From the NCBI GenBank assembly GCA_963737655.1, contig CAVTTN010000002.1, positions 2,464,001-2,528,000 on the forward strand: a stretch of 64,000 nt of DNA, in the 5' to 3' direction. This DNA comes from an uncultured Planctomycetota bacterium. GTDB lineage: Bacteria; Planctomycetota; Planctomycetia; Isosphaerales; Isosphaeraceae. The translations under genes were made by a program, and so were the position numbers. Under the pieces are notes generated by a model. It was not told the DNA's origin, did no database searches, and saw only the letters and a list, made by a program, of their open reading frames with translations. Positions 51,104-60,705 of the stretch are shown one piece after another (position 1 is the first letter of the stretch; each line of letters starts with the position of its first letter).

Positions 51104-52588
51104 TCACCTCGCGAACACGTCCTCGGGCAGTTCTTCGCGAGGCGTCCTGGCTCGGAAGGGGACGTCCCAGAGCGTCCAGCCCAGGTCCGTCCCGGCCCTC
51201 ATCCTCATCCTCGGGTCGAACTTGCCGCCGTCGTCGAGGCCGTCGGGGCCGACGGTGTACACGCTCAGCGATCCGTCCTTCCATCGCGATTTCATCGCGA
51301 GGCCGTCGAACGGGTCGATCGGGATCGCGTCGAGGAGTCGAGGGTCGATCTCGGCGAGCGATCGGGGCATCGCGCCATGGGCGATCCGGTGCCGCTCCGC
51401 CGCGACGATCGCCGCCGAGGCCCGGAGGTTGCTGCTGACCCTCGGCTGCATCGAGAGCACGGCCCCGAACGCCGGGTAGAGCGAGTACGCGAGCGACCCG
51501 GAAAGCTTCTCCAGGCCCGAATCGGACGGCCTGAGCTCGGCCTCGAACTCCTTCCACAGCCGGAGCTGATCGACGGCCGAAGACCGGGCGATCGCGATCG
51601 ATCGATTCAAGAGGCTCAACATTAATGCGTGATTATGAACATAAAATGCCGGGCCGTAGGCGAGGAACTCGGGAGGCCCCCCGCCGTTCATGGCGTTGAT
51701 CTGGCCGAGGGTGATCTCCCCGGCGCCGATCTTCTCCATGAGGACGTTCATGGTCGCCCGTTCCCCGCGGAGGCCCGCCAGGAGCCAGGAATTGCGGGAC
51801 TCGTCCAGGAGCGCCTCTTGGAGCCGGGCCAGGGCGGCGTCCGAGGGGCGCCCCTGGGCCAGGACCCTCTGGACGGTCGCCATCGCCACCTCGTCGAGAG
51901 TCATCCGGACGAGCTGGGAGATCAGGAACGGCTCGTCGCCGATCCCCCGGGCGGTGCCGAGGATGTCCCGGCAGGCGTCGAGGGCGCCGTCGGGGTCGCC
52001 GTCCTGGGCCCGGCGGAACGCCTCGGCCTGGAGGAGTCGGGAGACGTGCCGGTCGGCCTCGATGTGTCCCAGGACCGTCATGATCGGGTTGGGCGCGATG
52101 ACCAGGGGGAAGCGGCCCCGAGGGAGGTCGCGGAGCCGCGCGGCCAGGGCCAGGGCGGCCGATTCCTTCGCCAGAACGTCCCGGAGCTCGGCGGCCAAAG
52201 GCTCGGTCAGCCGCTCGTCGGGCGTCGGGGCGAGGAGCCGGACGGTCATGTCATCCGGGATCGGCTTGCCGAACGGCCCGGGAGTCCCGCCCACGGGCGG
52301 AGGGAACGGCCCGGTCATGAGCCCCCGGACGTTCGCCGCCACGATCGCCGCGTTCTGGTCGTCGGGGATCAACTCCCGGGCCGCCTCCAGGTCGGCCAGC
52401 CGCCATTTCGGGTCGGTCCGGTCGGCCTCGGCGATCGCCTCGGCCAGCTTCCTCCCCTCCCGGAATTCGAGGAAGAACCAGCCGCCGGCCGCCAGGGCGA
52501 TCAGGGCGACGACGGCCCCGAGGGCCACGGTCCGAAACCGAGGGAGGAGCCGTCGCGAGGGCCGTCGGGGCGGAGATTCCGTGCTCAT
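51104..52588 (-). CDS. Membrane-anchored hypothetical protein, paralog 2
   Basis: Same motif order as 49418..50890. Confidence 0.85.
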   Translation of the reverse strand: MSTESPPRRPSRRLLPRFRTVALGAVVALIALAAGGWFFLEFREGRKLAEAIAEADRTDPKWRLADLEAARELIPDDQNAAIVAANVRGLMTGPFPPPVGGTPGPFGKPIPDDMTVRLLAPTPDERLTEPLAAELRDVLAKESAALALAARLRDLPRGRFPLVIAPNPIMTVLGHIEADRHVSRLLQAEAFRRAQDGDPDGALDACRDILGTARGIGDEPFLISQLVRMTLDEVAMATVQRVLAQGRPSDAALARLQEALLDESRNSWLLAGLRGERATMNVLMEKIGAGEITLGQINAMNGGGPPEFLAYGPAFYVHNHALMLSLLNRSIAIARSSAVDQLRLWKEFEAELRPSDSGLEKLSGSLAYSLYPAFGAVLSMQPRVSSNLRASAAIVAAERHRIAHGAMPRSLAEIDPRLLDAIPIDPFDGLAMKSRWKDGSLSVYTVGPDGLDDGGKFDPRMRMRAGTDLGWTLWDVPFRARTPREELPEDVFAR

Positions 52589-52844
52589 GGCGGGAAGGGC
52601 CCGGGGATGGATGGGGGAGGCGTCGGTCTCTCCAGTCTGACCTCGGACAGTCGTCCGATCAAGGGGCTTGCTCGTGGGGCTGGATTCACCACAACGCCAC
52701 AAAGAGCACGGAGGAAGACACGAAGATGAGCCGATGGGCGGAGTCGGCCGGGTTGGTCGTCGGGGACTGGCGGCGGTCCCGGGGGCTCCCGGCTGGCTCG
52801 GAAGATGCGATCATCGGCGGCCCTGATCCGATTGGAGCCCGATC

Positions 52845-54452
52845 GTGAGCGACCCGCCCCGGAACCGGCCGACGCGAGGGGTGGCCCTTTTGCTCATGGC
52901 CGAGGCCCTCGCGCTGGACCTTTATCGATGGGCCGAGGCGGTCCGGTTCGACTGGTTCGCCTTCTTCGACCCCGGGGCCGACCTCGCCGAACATGCCCTG
53001 ATGGCCCGGGGGCTCCGGCCGACGATCGATTTCGGCTACCTCTATGGCCTGTTGCCCCTGGCCGTGGGGGAGCTCGCCTATGGGCTGGCGGGGCTGAGGC
53101 CGGTCGTGTTCGTGGCCCTGTGCGTGAGTTTCGGGATGGTCACGGCCTGGGGGATCGGCCGGGCGCTGGAGGCGCTTCGGGTCGGCCCGGTCGGCGTGGC
53201 GTGGGTCGTGGCGATGATGCCCCTGGACCTGGTCCAGCCGGCCTATCCCTCGCTGGCCCATGCGATCGAGCCGGCCCTGCTCGCCCAGGCCCTGGCCGAC
53301 CTGGCCGGGGGACGGCGGAGGCGGGCCCTGGCCCTGGCGACGGCCTGCGTCTTCGTGAAGCCGTCGATGGGCTACGTCTGCGGGGCCGTGGTCCTGGGCG
53401 CGATCGCCTTCCGCGACCGGCCCGGGACGTGGCGAGACTGGCTGGCGAGGATGGCCCCGGCGGCGGCGGTCGGCTCGGTGCTTTCGCTCGCCCTGGCGGG
53501 GATGTTCGGGGTCGAACCCCTGCTCCGAACCGTCCTGCCGATGGCGGGGCGGGCGGTGTATCGGGCCAACCGATTTGGGTTCTTCTTCGGGACTGGCCGG
53601 GCGTTCTGGCTGTCGCGACGGCCGAGATGGGGCGACTATTTCGGGACGCTCGTCGGGGTCTGGCTCTCGGCGACCCTGGTCCTGATCGCGGCGGCCGTGG
53701 CCTCGATGTCCAGGAAGCGTCGCGAGGCCGCCGAGCGTCGAGGGGCGGCGCCCGCCGGGGTCGATGTCCTGGCGGCCTGCGCGGTGATGCACGGCGCGTT
53801 CGTGCTGTTCTTCTTCGGCAATCGGTGGTCGTGGTTCTATTACGGCTTCGTGCTGGTCCTGGGCGTGGCGACGGTGGAGGGGCGAAGCCGGGCGGGCCGG
53901 GCGATCGTGGCGGGGCTGACCCTCCTGGCCCTCCCGGCGGCCGTCTCGGCGCTGAAGGGGCCGTGGGAGGCCTGGTCCGGGCGGTCGGCCCCGGCGGAGA
54001 CCTTCGGCCTCTGGGCGTCGCCCGAGGTCGTCGAGGAATGGCGGACGGTCCGCCGGCTGACCCGGGGCTCTCGGCCGGTCCTCCTGGCCACGACCGACGG
54101 CCTGGCGGTGATCGACCCGGAGTTCGCCCGTCCCGAGGTGTCGTTCCTGGTCCGGGGCCACGATCGGCCCGGGGAACTGGCGAGGAAGGCCGCCCAGGTG
54201 GAGGCGGCCGAGATGGTCGTGGTCGCGAGGGCCGAGCCCGGCGGCGCGTGGTTCGACGAGTGGCCGGAGTTCTCCCGGGCCCTGAGAGGCCACCGGCTGG
54301 CCTGGTCGTGCGACCGGCTCCGGCTTTACCAGCGGTCCGGCGCCCGTCGAGGAAGTCGAGGTGATCGGGTCGGAGCCCACCCTCCCTCGGCCCGTCGGGG
54401 CCCGGAGGTTGGCGGCCGGCGGCTTGACCACCCCGGTCCCGGGCCGTTATGA
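52845..54452 (+). CDS. Multi-pass membrane protein (possible GT-C fold)
   Basis: D.G...G.RPTIDFGY.YG loop, many TM segments, soluble C-terminus. Confidence 0.7.
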   Translation: MSDPPRNRPTRGVALLLMAEALALDLYRWAEAVRFDWFAFFDPGADLAEHALMARGLRPTIDFGYLYGLLPLAVGELAYGLAGLRPVVFVALCVSFGMVTAWGIGRALEALRVGPVGVAWVVAMMPLDLVQPAYPSLAHAIEPALLAQALADLAGGRRRRALALATACVFVKPSMGYVCGAVVLGAIAFRDRPGTWRDWLARMAPAAAVGSVLSLALAGMFGVEPLLRTVLPMAGRAVYRANRFGFFFGTGRAFWLSRRPRWGDYFGTLVGVWLSATLVLIAAAVASMSRKRREAAERRGAAPAGVDVLAACAVMHGAFVLFFFGNRWSWFYYGFVLVLGVATVEGRSRAGRAIVAGLTLLALPAAVSALKGPWEAWSGRSAPAETFGLWASPEVVEEWRTVRRLTRGSRPVLLATTDGLAVIDPEFARPEVSFLVRGHDRPGELARKAAQVEAAEMVVVARAEPGGAWFDEWPEFSRALRGHRLAWSCDRLRLYQRSGARRGSRGDRVGAHPPSARRGPEVGGRRLDHPGPGPL

Positions 54453-54453
54453 T
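54424..54453 (+). promoter_or_regulatory. Putative sigma70 promoter
   Basis: TTGACC-N18-TATGAT. Confidence 0.5.
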
Positions 54454-54538
54454 TCCCAGACGCCTCGGCAACGCAGGGCGGGACTTCCCGATGGATCGGT
54501 CCGGCCTGTCGACGGGCCTGGATCATGCGAGTGGATCG

Positions 54539-55453
54539 ATGAAACACGAGCCCGCCCCCCGGACCCATGGCGACGACGAAGCCCCTCCGGTGGTGATCCA
54601 CCACGAGGAGGAGCCCACCCTCCTCGCCCGATGGCTGTTCAAGGCCATGGACAAGGGTTCGGCGTTCTGGACGATGGTCGTGGGGACCGTGGCGGTCGTC
54701 GCGGTCGTCGGCTACCTCGTGGCCGGCCTGGTCTCGGGCGAGAGCGAGACTTCCAAGGCCTGGGGCGAGCTCATGCTCGCCAACTCGCCGGAGGACTTCC
54801 GGCGCGTCGCCTCGACCTACGAGACCTCCGAGGCCGCCGGCTGGGCGCTGCTGTCGGCCGCCTCCGAGAGCTATCAGGAAGCCCTGACCCGCCTGCCGGC
54901 CGACCGAGAGGCCGCCGCCCCCCTGCTCAGCCAGGCCCTGGACACCTACCGGGAGGCCGGCGAGAAGGCCCACGACGACCCCGTCCTCAAGCGCCTGGCC
55001 GAGCTGGGCATCGCCCGGACCTACGAGGCCCGCAACGAGCTGGCCGACGCCATCGCCCAGTATGAGAAGGTCGCCAAGGACTGGCCCGGCACCGACGACG
55101 CCAAGGCCGCCACCGAGCGGGCCAAGCTCCTCCGCGATCCCGAGACCGTCGCCTTCTACGAGAAGTTCGCCGCCTACAAGCCGCCGACCACCCCGACCTT
55201 GCCCCCTCGCGGGACCTCGCGGTTCGACCTCCCGCTGGGCCACCCGGCGCTGGACAGCCTGAAGCTCGGCCCGATCCCGACCAAGGCCGAGGAGATCAAG
55301 CCGGGCGAGCTGCCGAAGGACGTCTTCCAGGCCCCGACCCCGAAGCCCGGGAGCGAGGCCGTTCCGCCCGGACCCCCTCTCCGCGACCCGGACATCCCCG
55401 ACGTCTTCCCCAGGGAGACGAAGGACGAGCCGGCCAAGGCCCCCAAGCCGTGA
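54539..55453 (+). CDS. Single-TM TPR-like protein (YfgM-like) with Pro-rich tail
   Basis: TM segment followed by helical repeats (LGIARTYE...AIAQYEKV..WPGT). Confidence 0.75.
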   Translation: MKHEPAPRTHGDDEAPPVVIHHEEEPTLLARWLFKAMDKGSAFWTMVVGTVAVVAVVGYLVAGLVSGESETSKAWGELMLANSPEDFRRVASTYETSEAAGWALLSAASESYQEALTRLPADREAAAPLLSQALDTYREAGEKAHDDPVLKRLAELGIARTYEARNELADAIAQYEKVAKDWPGTDDAKAATERAKLLRDPETVAFYEKFAAYKPPTTPTLPPRGTSRFDLPLGHPALDSLKLGPIPTKAEEIKPGELPKDVFQAPTPKPGSEAVPPGPPLRDPDIPDVFPRETKDEPAKAPKP

Positions 55454-56481
55454 CCTGGAGCGAGCTCCTCGCGCTCGACCCGGCCTCGCCGATGCCCCCC
55501 GAACTCTCCAGCACCCCGGTCGAGTTCCGCGTCAAGGGCCGGATGGTCGGCAAGCGGATCGACGCGTACCTCGCCGGCCGCTACCCCGACTATTCGCGGA
55601 GCGTCGTCCAGAAGGTCATCGACGCCGGCGCCGTCCGCATCAACGGGGGCCCGATCAAGGCGTCCTACCGAGTCCGCGCCGACGACCTCGTGACGGTCTG
55701 GCTCCCGGAGCTCGCCGACGACGCGCCGGTCCCCGAGGACATCCCGATCCCCGTGATCTTCGAGGACGATTCGTTCGTCGTCGTGAACAAGCCCCCGGGG
55801 ATGGTCACCCACCCGGCCAAGGGGAACTGGTCGGGCACCCTGGTCAACGCCCTCCAGTTCCACTTCGACCGGCTCTCCACCGAGGCCGGCGAGAATCGCC
55901 CGGGGATCGTCCACCGGCTCGACCGCGACACCTCGGGCCTCCTGATCGTGGCCAAGGACGACCGGGCCCACAAGGGGCTCGCCGCCCAGTTCGAGGGGCG
56001 GACGATCCGCAAGGAGTACCTGGCGATGGTCCGGGGCGAGCCGTCGCGAGACAGCGATTACGTCGAAAAACCGATCGGCTTCCACCCCACCGACCGCGAG
56101 AAGATGGCCATCCGCCTGCCCGAGGACGGGGGCAAGCCCGCGAGCACCTATTACGAAGTGCTCGAACGCAAGCGCGGCCACGCGCTGGTGAGATGTCTGC
56201 CGAAGACCGGGCGGACCCACCAGATCCGCATCCACCTGACCCACGCCGGCCACCCGATCCTCGCCGACAAGATGTACTCGGGCCGATCGCGCTGGACCGT
56301 CGGAGACGTCCTCGGCCACGACGCCCCGGACGCCGACCGGGCCCTCCTGGAGCGCCAGGCGTTGCACGCCCACCGGCTCGACTTCGACCACCCCTTGACC
56401 GGCCGGAGGCTGGAGCTCGTCGCCCCGTTGCCCGAGGACATGGCCGCCGCCCTGGAATTCCTCCGCTCGGCCCCTCGCTAG
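55450..56481 (+). CDS. rluD: RluA/RluD family pseudouridine synthase
   Basis: S4 domain; NKPPGM, HRLDRDTSG, TGRTHQIR and QALHA motifs. Confidence 0.9.
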   Translation: MTWSELLALDPASPMPPELSSTPVEFRVKGRMVGKRIDAYLAGRYPDYSRSVVQKVIDAGAVRINGGPIKASYRVRADDLVTVWLPELADDAPVPEDIPIPVIFEDDSFVVVNKPPGMVTHPAKGNWSGTLVNALQFHFDRLSTEAGENRPGIVHRLDRDTSGLLIVAKDDRAHKGLAAQFEGRTIRKEYLAMVRGEPSRDSDYVEKPIGFHPTDREKMAIRLPEDGGKPASTYYEVLERKRGHALVRCLPKTGRTHQIRIHLTHAGHPILADKMYSGRSRWTVGDVLGHDAPDADRALLERQALHAHRLDFDHPLTGRRLELVAPLPEDMAAALEFLRSAPR

Positions 56482-56542
56482 GATCAACTCTCCCGAGGCC
56501 GGCGCCGCCCGGCCCCTCGTTCCCGAAGAAGGGACGCGCCTG

Positions 56543-57544
56543 ATGGATGGACCCTCGCTCTCGGTCGTTGTCCCCTGCTTCAACGAGGAGGAGGTCCTGG
56601 CCGAGCTCCACCGCCGGCTCTCCGCGGCCTGCCGGGACCTCGGCGCCTCCTACGAGATCGTCCTGGTCAACGACGGCTCGAAGGACCGGACCTGGCCTCT
56701 GATGGCCGAGCTCGCGGCGACCGATCCCCACGTCGTCGCCGTGAACCTGTCGAGGAATCACGGCCACCAGCTCGCCCTGACGGCCGGGCTGACGGTCTGC
56801 CGAGGGGCCCGCGTCCTGATCATCGACGCCGACTTGCAGGACCCTCCCGAGCTCCTCCCCAGCATGATGGCCGCGATGGACGCCGGGGCCGACGTCGTGT
56901 ACGGCCGCCGCCGCCAGCGCGAGGGCGAGACCGCCACGAAGAAGCTCACCGCCGCCCTGTTCTACCGCCTGATCGCCCGGCTGACCGACGTGCCGATCCC
57001 CGAGGACACCGGCGATTTCCGCCTGATGAGCCGCCGGGCCCTGAACGTCTTGCTCGCCATGCCCGAACGGCATCGCTTCATCCGGGGGATGGTCTCCTGG
57101 ATCGGCTTCCGCCAGGAGCCGATCGTCTACGACCGCCACGCCCGGTTCGCCGGGGTCACCAAGTACCCGCTGAGCAAGATGATCCGGTTCGCCCTGGACG
57201 CGATCACGGCGTTCTCGGTCAAGCCGCTCGCGCTGGCCAGCTACGTCGGGCTGCTCTCGGGCCTGTTCGCCCTGGGGCTGCTGATCTACTCGCTCGGCTC
57301 CTGGATCGGCCTGTTCGGCCCGTCGGCCGTGAGGGGCTGGACGAGCCTGATGTCGGTCATGGCGCTGCTGGGGAGCGTCCAGCTCCTCGTCCTGGGGATC
57401 ATCGGCGAATACCTCGGCCGGATGTATGAACAGGTCAAGGGCCGCCCCCTGTTCATCATCGAGAGCGTGGTCACCAGCCGAAACGCCGCGACCGAGCCAT
57501 CGACGGAGGAACCGGCGGCCGTCGTCGACGGCTCGGCGCCTTGA
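56543..57544 (+). CDS. GtrB/ArnC-like polyprenol-phosphate glycosyltransferase
   Basis: VVPCFNEE, DADLQDPPE, GDFRLM, two C-terminal TM segments, GEYLGR. Confidence 0.92.
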   Translation: MDGPSLSVVVPCFNEEEVLAELHRRLSAACRDLGASYEIVLVNDGSKDRTWPLMAELAATDPHVVAVNLSRNHGHQLALTAGLTVCRGARVLIIDADLQDPPELLPSMMAAMDAGADVVYGRRRQREGETATKKLTAALFYRLIARLTDVPIPEDTGDFRLMSRRALNVLLAMPERHRFIRGMVSWIGFRQEPIVYDRHARFAGVTKYPLSKMIRFALDAITAFSVKPLALASYVGLLSGLFALGLLIYSLGSWIGLFGPSAVRGWTSLMSVMALLGSVQLLVLGIIGEYLGRMYEQVKGRPLFIIESVVTSRNAATEPSTEEPAAVVDGSAP

Positions 57545-57563
57545 GCCGAAGAGATTCGTATTC

Positions 57564-57623
57564 GTAGGGCAGGCCTCGGCCTGCCGGGGTGGGGCTGACT
57601 CGGCAGGCCGAGGCCTGCCCTAC
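57564..57623. repeat. REP family C doublet
   Basis: Perfect inverted arms. The right arm supplies the stop codon at 57620. Confidence 0.9.
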
Positions 57624-58009
57624 CGAGCGTGACCCGATGCTCCGGTCTCCGGCGGTCCGCCCGGGTCGGGGGCGCGACGGCCCTTCGTCCTCCCTGGGCC
57701 GTGAAGGATCGTCCCGACGAGGAGCGCCAGGACGGTCAACCCGACGCTCAACCCCACCGGGACCCAGCGCTTGCGGAAATCGTCGGCCGAGGGCGGCCGG
57801 ACCCGGACCGGCGAGGTCGTTCGTCCCAGGGGCTTCGCCCAGACGCTCCCGTCCGAATAGAAGAGGAATTCCTGGCCGTCCTTCCCCATCGACCCGATCC
57901 ACTGCGGCCGGGCCATCACGGCGGGCCAGAGCGTCCCGAGGTTCACGGCGGTCAGCACCGCCGCCATGAGCCAGGGACCGGCCGAGAACCGGGGGCGGGG
58001 CCATCTCAC
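57620..58009 (-). CDS. Small two-TM hypothetical protein
   Basis: GTG 58009 with AGGAG RBS; two hydrophobic segments. Confidence 0.6.
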   Translation of the reverse strand: MRWPRPRFSAGPWLMAAVLTAVNLGTLWPAVMARPQWIGSMGKDGQEFLFYSDGSVWAKPLGRTTSPVRVRPPSADDFRKRWVPVGLSVGLTVLALLVGTILHGPGRTKGRRAPDPGGPPETGASGHAR

Positions 58010-58029
58010 CGCGGTCTCCTCCCCTCGGC

Positions 58030-58830
58030 TCAGCGGAAGCTCTCGGCCTCTCCCGGGAACCGCCCGGCCTGGACGTCGGCGGCGTACTCCGAGGCGGCCT
58101 TGCGGATCTCCGAGGCGAGGTCGGCGTACTTGCGGACGAACCTCGGGCGGAATTCCTCGAACAGGCCGAGCAGATCGGGCGTGACGAGCACCTGGCCGTC
58201 GCATCCCGGCCCGGCGCCGATGCCGATCGTGGGGATGGCGAGCTCCTTGGTGACCCTCTGGGCCACGTCCGCCGGCATCGCCTCCAGGACGATCGAGAAG
58301 GCGCCGGCCTCGGCCACGGCCAGGGCGTCGGCGAGGATCGCGTCGCCGTCCCTCTGGATCTTGAAGCCGCCCAGGGCCTTGACCGACTGCGGCTTCAGGC
58401 CGACGTGCCCCATCACGGGGATTCCCGCCTCGACCATGGCCCGGATCGTCGCGGCCATCGTCCGCCCGCCTTCCAACTTCACGGCGCCGCACCGCGTCTC
58501 CTTCATCATCCGGCCCGCCGACCGGATCGCGTCCTCGATCGACACCTGATACGACAGGAACGGCAGATCGCCGATCACGAACGCCCGCCGGGCCGCTCGG
58601 GCGACCATCTCGGCGTGATAGATCATCTGATCGAGCGTGACGGGCAAGGTCGTCTCGTGCCCCTGGACGACCATGCCGAGGGTGTCGCCGACGAGGAGGG
58701 CGTCGATCCCGGAGTCGTCCAGGAGGCGGGCGGTCGGGAAGTCGTAGGCGGTGAGGACGCCGATCTTCCGGCCCTCGGACTTCCATCGGGCGAAGTCGGG
58801 CAGGGTCACCGGCGGGGGGCGTTTCGCCAT
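58030..58830 (-). CDS. panB: 3-methyl-2-oxobutanoate hydroxymethyltransferase
   Basis: LTAYD, LVGDTLG, VKLEGG and IGIGAG..CDGQVLV motifs. Confidence 0.95.
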   Translation of the reverse strand: MAKRPPPVTLPDFARWKSEGRKIGVLTAYDFPTARLLDDSGIDALLVGDTLGMVVQGHETTLPVTLDQMIYHAEMVARAARRAFVIGDLPFLSYQVSIEDAIRSAGRMMKETRCGAVKLEGGRTMAATIRAMVEAGIPVMGHVGLKPQSVKALGGFKIQRDGDAILADALAVAEAGAFSIVLEAMPADVAQRVTKELAIPTIGIGAGPGCDGQVLVTPDLLGLFEEFRPRFVRKYADLASEIRKAASEYAADVQAGRFPGEAESFR

Positions 58831-60488
58831 GAGGTCGCTCGTCGGGCGGCGGTCGGCTCGTCCAGATCGGCGAGGATCACGCCCTCGCGGTCGATCTTCA
58901 CGTTGTATCGCCCCCGGATCGCCTCGTGCAAGAGACGCCGACGCGGGTCGTCGCCCATCGGCCAGAGATCGGCGAACGTCCGGGCGCCGCGATCGCGGTA
59001 ATACTCGACCAGGGCGAGGGGATCGGCCGCGTCGATCGTCCCGCCCCACTCGCCCGCCGCGCGGGCCTCGGAACGCTCGCCAACCTCCAGCCGGCATCCG
59101 CGACGATCGGCCAGGAACAGCAGGGCCTCGGGGGCGACGACGAGGTCGTCCGGGCCGGTCAACCGGTCGAGGAAGGCCGCGGCCCTCGGGCCGGCGGACC
59201 ATTGGGGGGGCGTCTGACCTCGAAGCGAGTCGCGAGACTGGACGAGGGCCAGCGCGACGAGCGCGACGAGCGGGAGGGCCTTCGTCAAGGAGCGAGGCGA
59301 GGCTCCTGGAACCCTCGCCACCGAAGCGGGGTTCGTGTTTGGCGTGGTCGAATCGAGGTTCTGGTAGGGTCCGCTATTGCGGACCTCTTCGCGACGAAGG
59401 AAATGGAAGAGGTCCGCAATAGCGGACCCTACAAAGACCGCCCTCGACCACGCGAAACGGGTACGAGCGTGGGAAAGTGGGGCGGCACGACCGATTGCCC
59501 AACCCGAGGCCACCCCCGCCGCGATCGGAGGAGCCAGCATCAACCAGTAATACTCGTGATGGATCTTCCCCGGCATCAGCAAGAACGCCCCGGCCCCCGA
59601 GATCAGCCACCATCGCCAGAGCCGATCGCCCCTCGACCGCCCGAACAGGTTGCCGACCGCCAGGATCAGGCCCAGGGGCGTGAAGGCCCGCCAGAACGCG
59701 ATTTTCGCGACCGTCGCCAGGGTTCCCGGCCTCAGCCACGCCATCGGCGAGACGGCCGAGGCCCAGAGGCCCGCGTTGTCGGCCGAGGCCCGCGAGCCTT
59801 TCCCCGAACGAAGCTCGATCGCGGCGAATCCGTACCAGAGCAGCGCCGGAATCAACGTCGCAAGGACGATCGCAAGCTTCCCCGGCCGTTTCGATCGCAC
59901 GATCGCCGCGAGGAGAGGCACGAGCACGAAGGCCGCCACCACCTTCACCGCCAGCCCCAGGGCCAGGAGCGACCAGGCCAGCGCGAGCCGCCATCGTCCG
60001 CCTTCGGCCTCGTGATCGTCCCACACTCGCAATCCCGCCACCACGAGGCCCATCATCAGCGGGTCGGGCTGGCAGGATCGGCCGTATTTCAGGGTCACCG
60101 GCAGCAGGGCGAACACGGCGACGGCGACGATCGCGAACCCCGGAGATCCTCGACGACGCGCCAGGCCGAACAGTCCCCAGGCGGCCAGGGCGATCGAAGC
60201 CGCCGAGAGCAGCCGCCCGCATCGGCCGATCGGCCAGCCGGTCCGGCTCCGAATCGACGCGATCCCCGCGGCATCGATCGGCGGCTCGACGAGGAACAGG
60301 TTCGGGAACGGCCCGGTGTCGAGCCGGGGACGGAGAAACCCCGAGCCCCGTTCGAGGTTCCGGGCCACCATCGCCGTCGGGACCTGCCGGCCGACGTAAC
60401 CGTCAACGATCGGCTGATCGGGCCACCTCGCCCCGATCGCGAAGACGCCGACGAACACCAGGGCGCCGATCCATCGCTCAGAAGGCAT
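58806..60488 (-). CDS. ArnT/GT39-like membrane glycosyltransferase with internal in-frame palindrome
   Basis: RQ..TAMVARN, EPP, QPD, HEYY, many TM segments. Confidence 0.8.
   Translation of the reverse strand: MPSERWIGALVFVGVFAIGARWPDQPIVDGYVGRQVPTAMVARNLERGSGFLRPRLDTGPFPNLFLVEPPIDAAGIASIRSRTGWPIGRCGRLLSAASIALAAWGLFGLARRRGSPGFAIVAVAVFALLPVTLKYGRSCQPDPLMMGLVVAGLRVWDDHEAEGGRWRLALAWSLLALGLAVKVVAAFVLVPLLAAIVRSKRPGKLAIVLATLIPALLWYGFAAIELRSGKGSRASADNAGLWASAVSPMAWLRPGTLATVAKIAFWRAFTPLGLILAVGNLFGRSRGDRLWRWWLISGAGAFLLMPGKIHHEYYWLMLAPPIAAGVASGWAIGRAAPLSHARTRFAWSRAVFVGSAIADLFHFLRREEVRNSGPYQNLDSTTPNTNPASVARVPGASPRSLTKALPLVALVALALVQSRDSLRGQTPPQWSAGPRAAAFLDRLTGPDDLVVAPEALLFLADRRGCRLEVGERSEARAAGEWGGTIDAADPLALVEYYRDRGARTFADLWPMGDDPRRRLLHEAIRGRYNVKIDREGVILADLDEPTAARRATSWRNAPRR
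59364..59432. repeat. Intragenic REP family D doublet, 69 bp
   Basis: GTAGGGTCCGCTATTGCGGACCTCTTC and its perfect inverse. Confidence 0.95.
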
Positions 60489-60582
60489 CCGTCCGCGATC
60501 CTCCGGGACGCTCGATCGCGGCGGATTATCGCCCGGGGCTGCGGCTTCGGTCAACGAGCCTCTCGATTCCCACAGCAAGAAA

Positions 60583-60705
60583 CACCGAAACGCAGATTAC
60601 GACAAGGACCGAAACGCAGATTACGCAGATGAAATCAAGAATCATTGATATGATTTTATTTATTTAATCTGCGTAATCTGCGTAATCTGCGTTTCGGTCC
60701 TTGTC
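60583..60705. repeat. Family E palindrome (CGCAGATTA subrepeats)
   Basis: Arms at 60601-60630 and 60676-60705, AT-rich loop, partial extra arm at about 60583. Confidence 0.9.
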
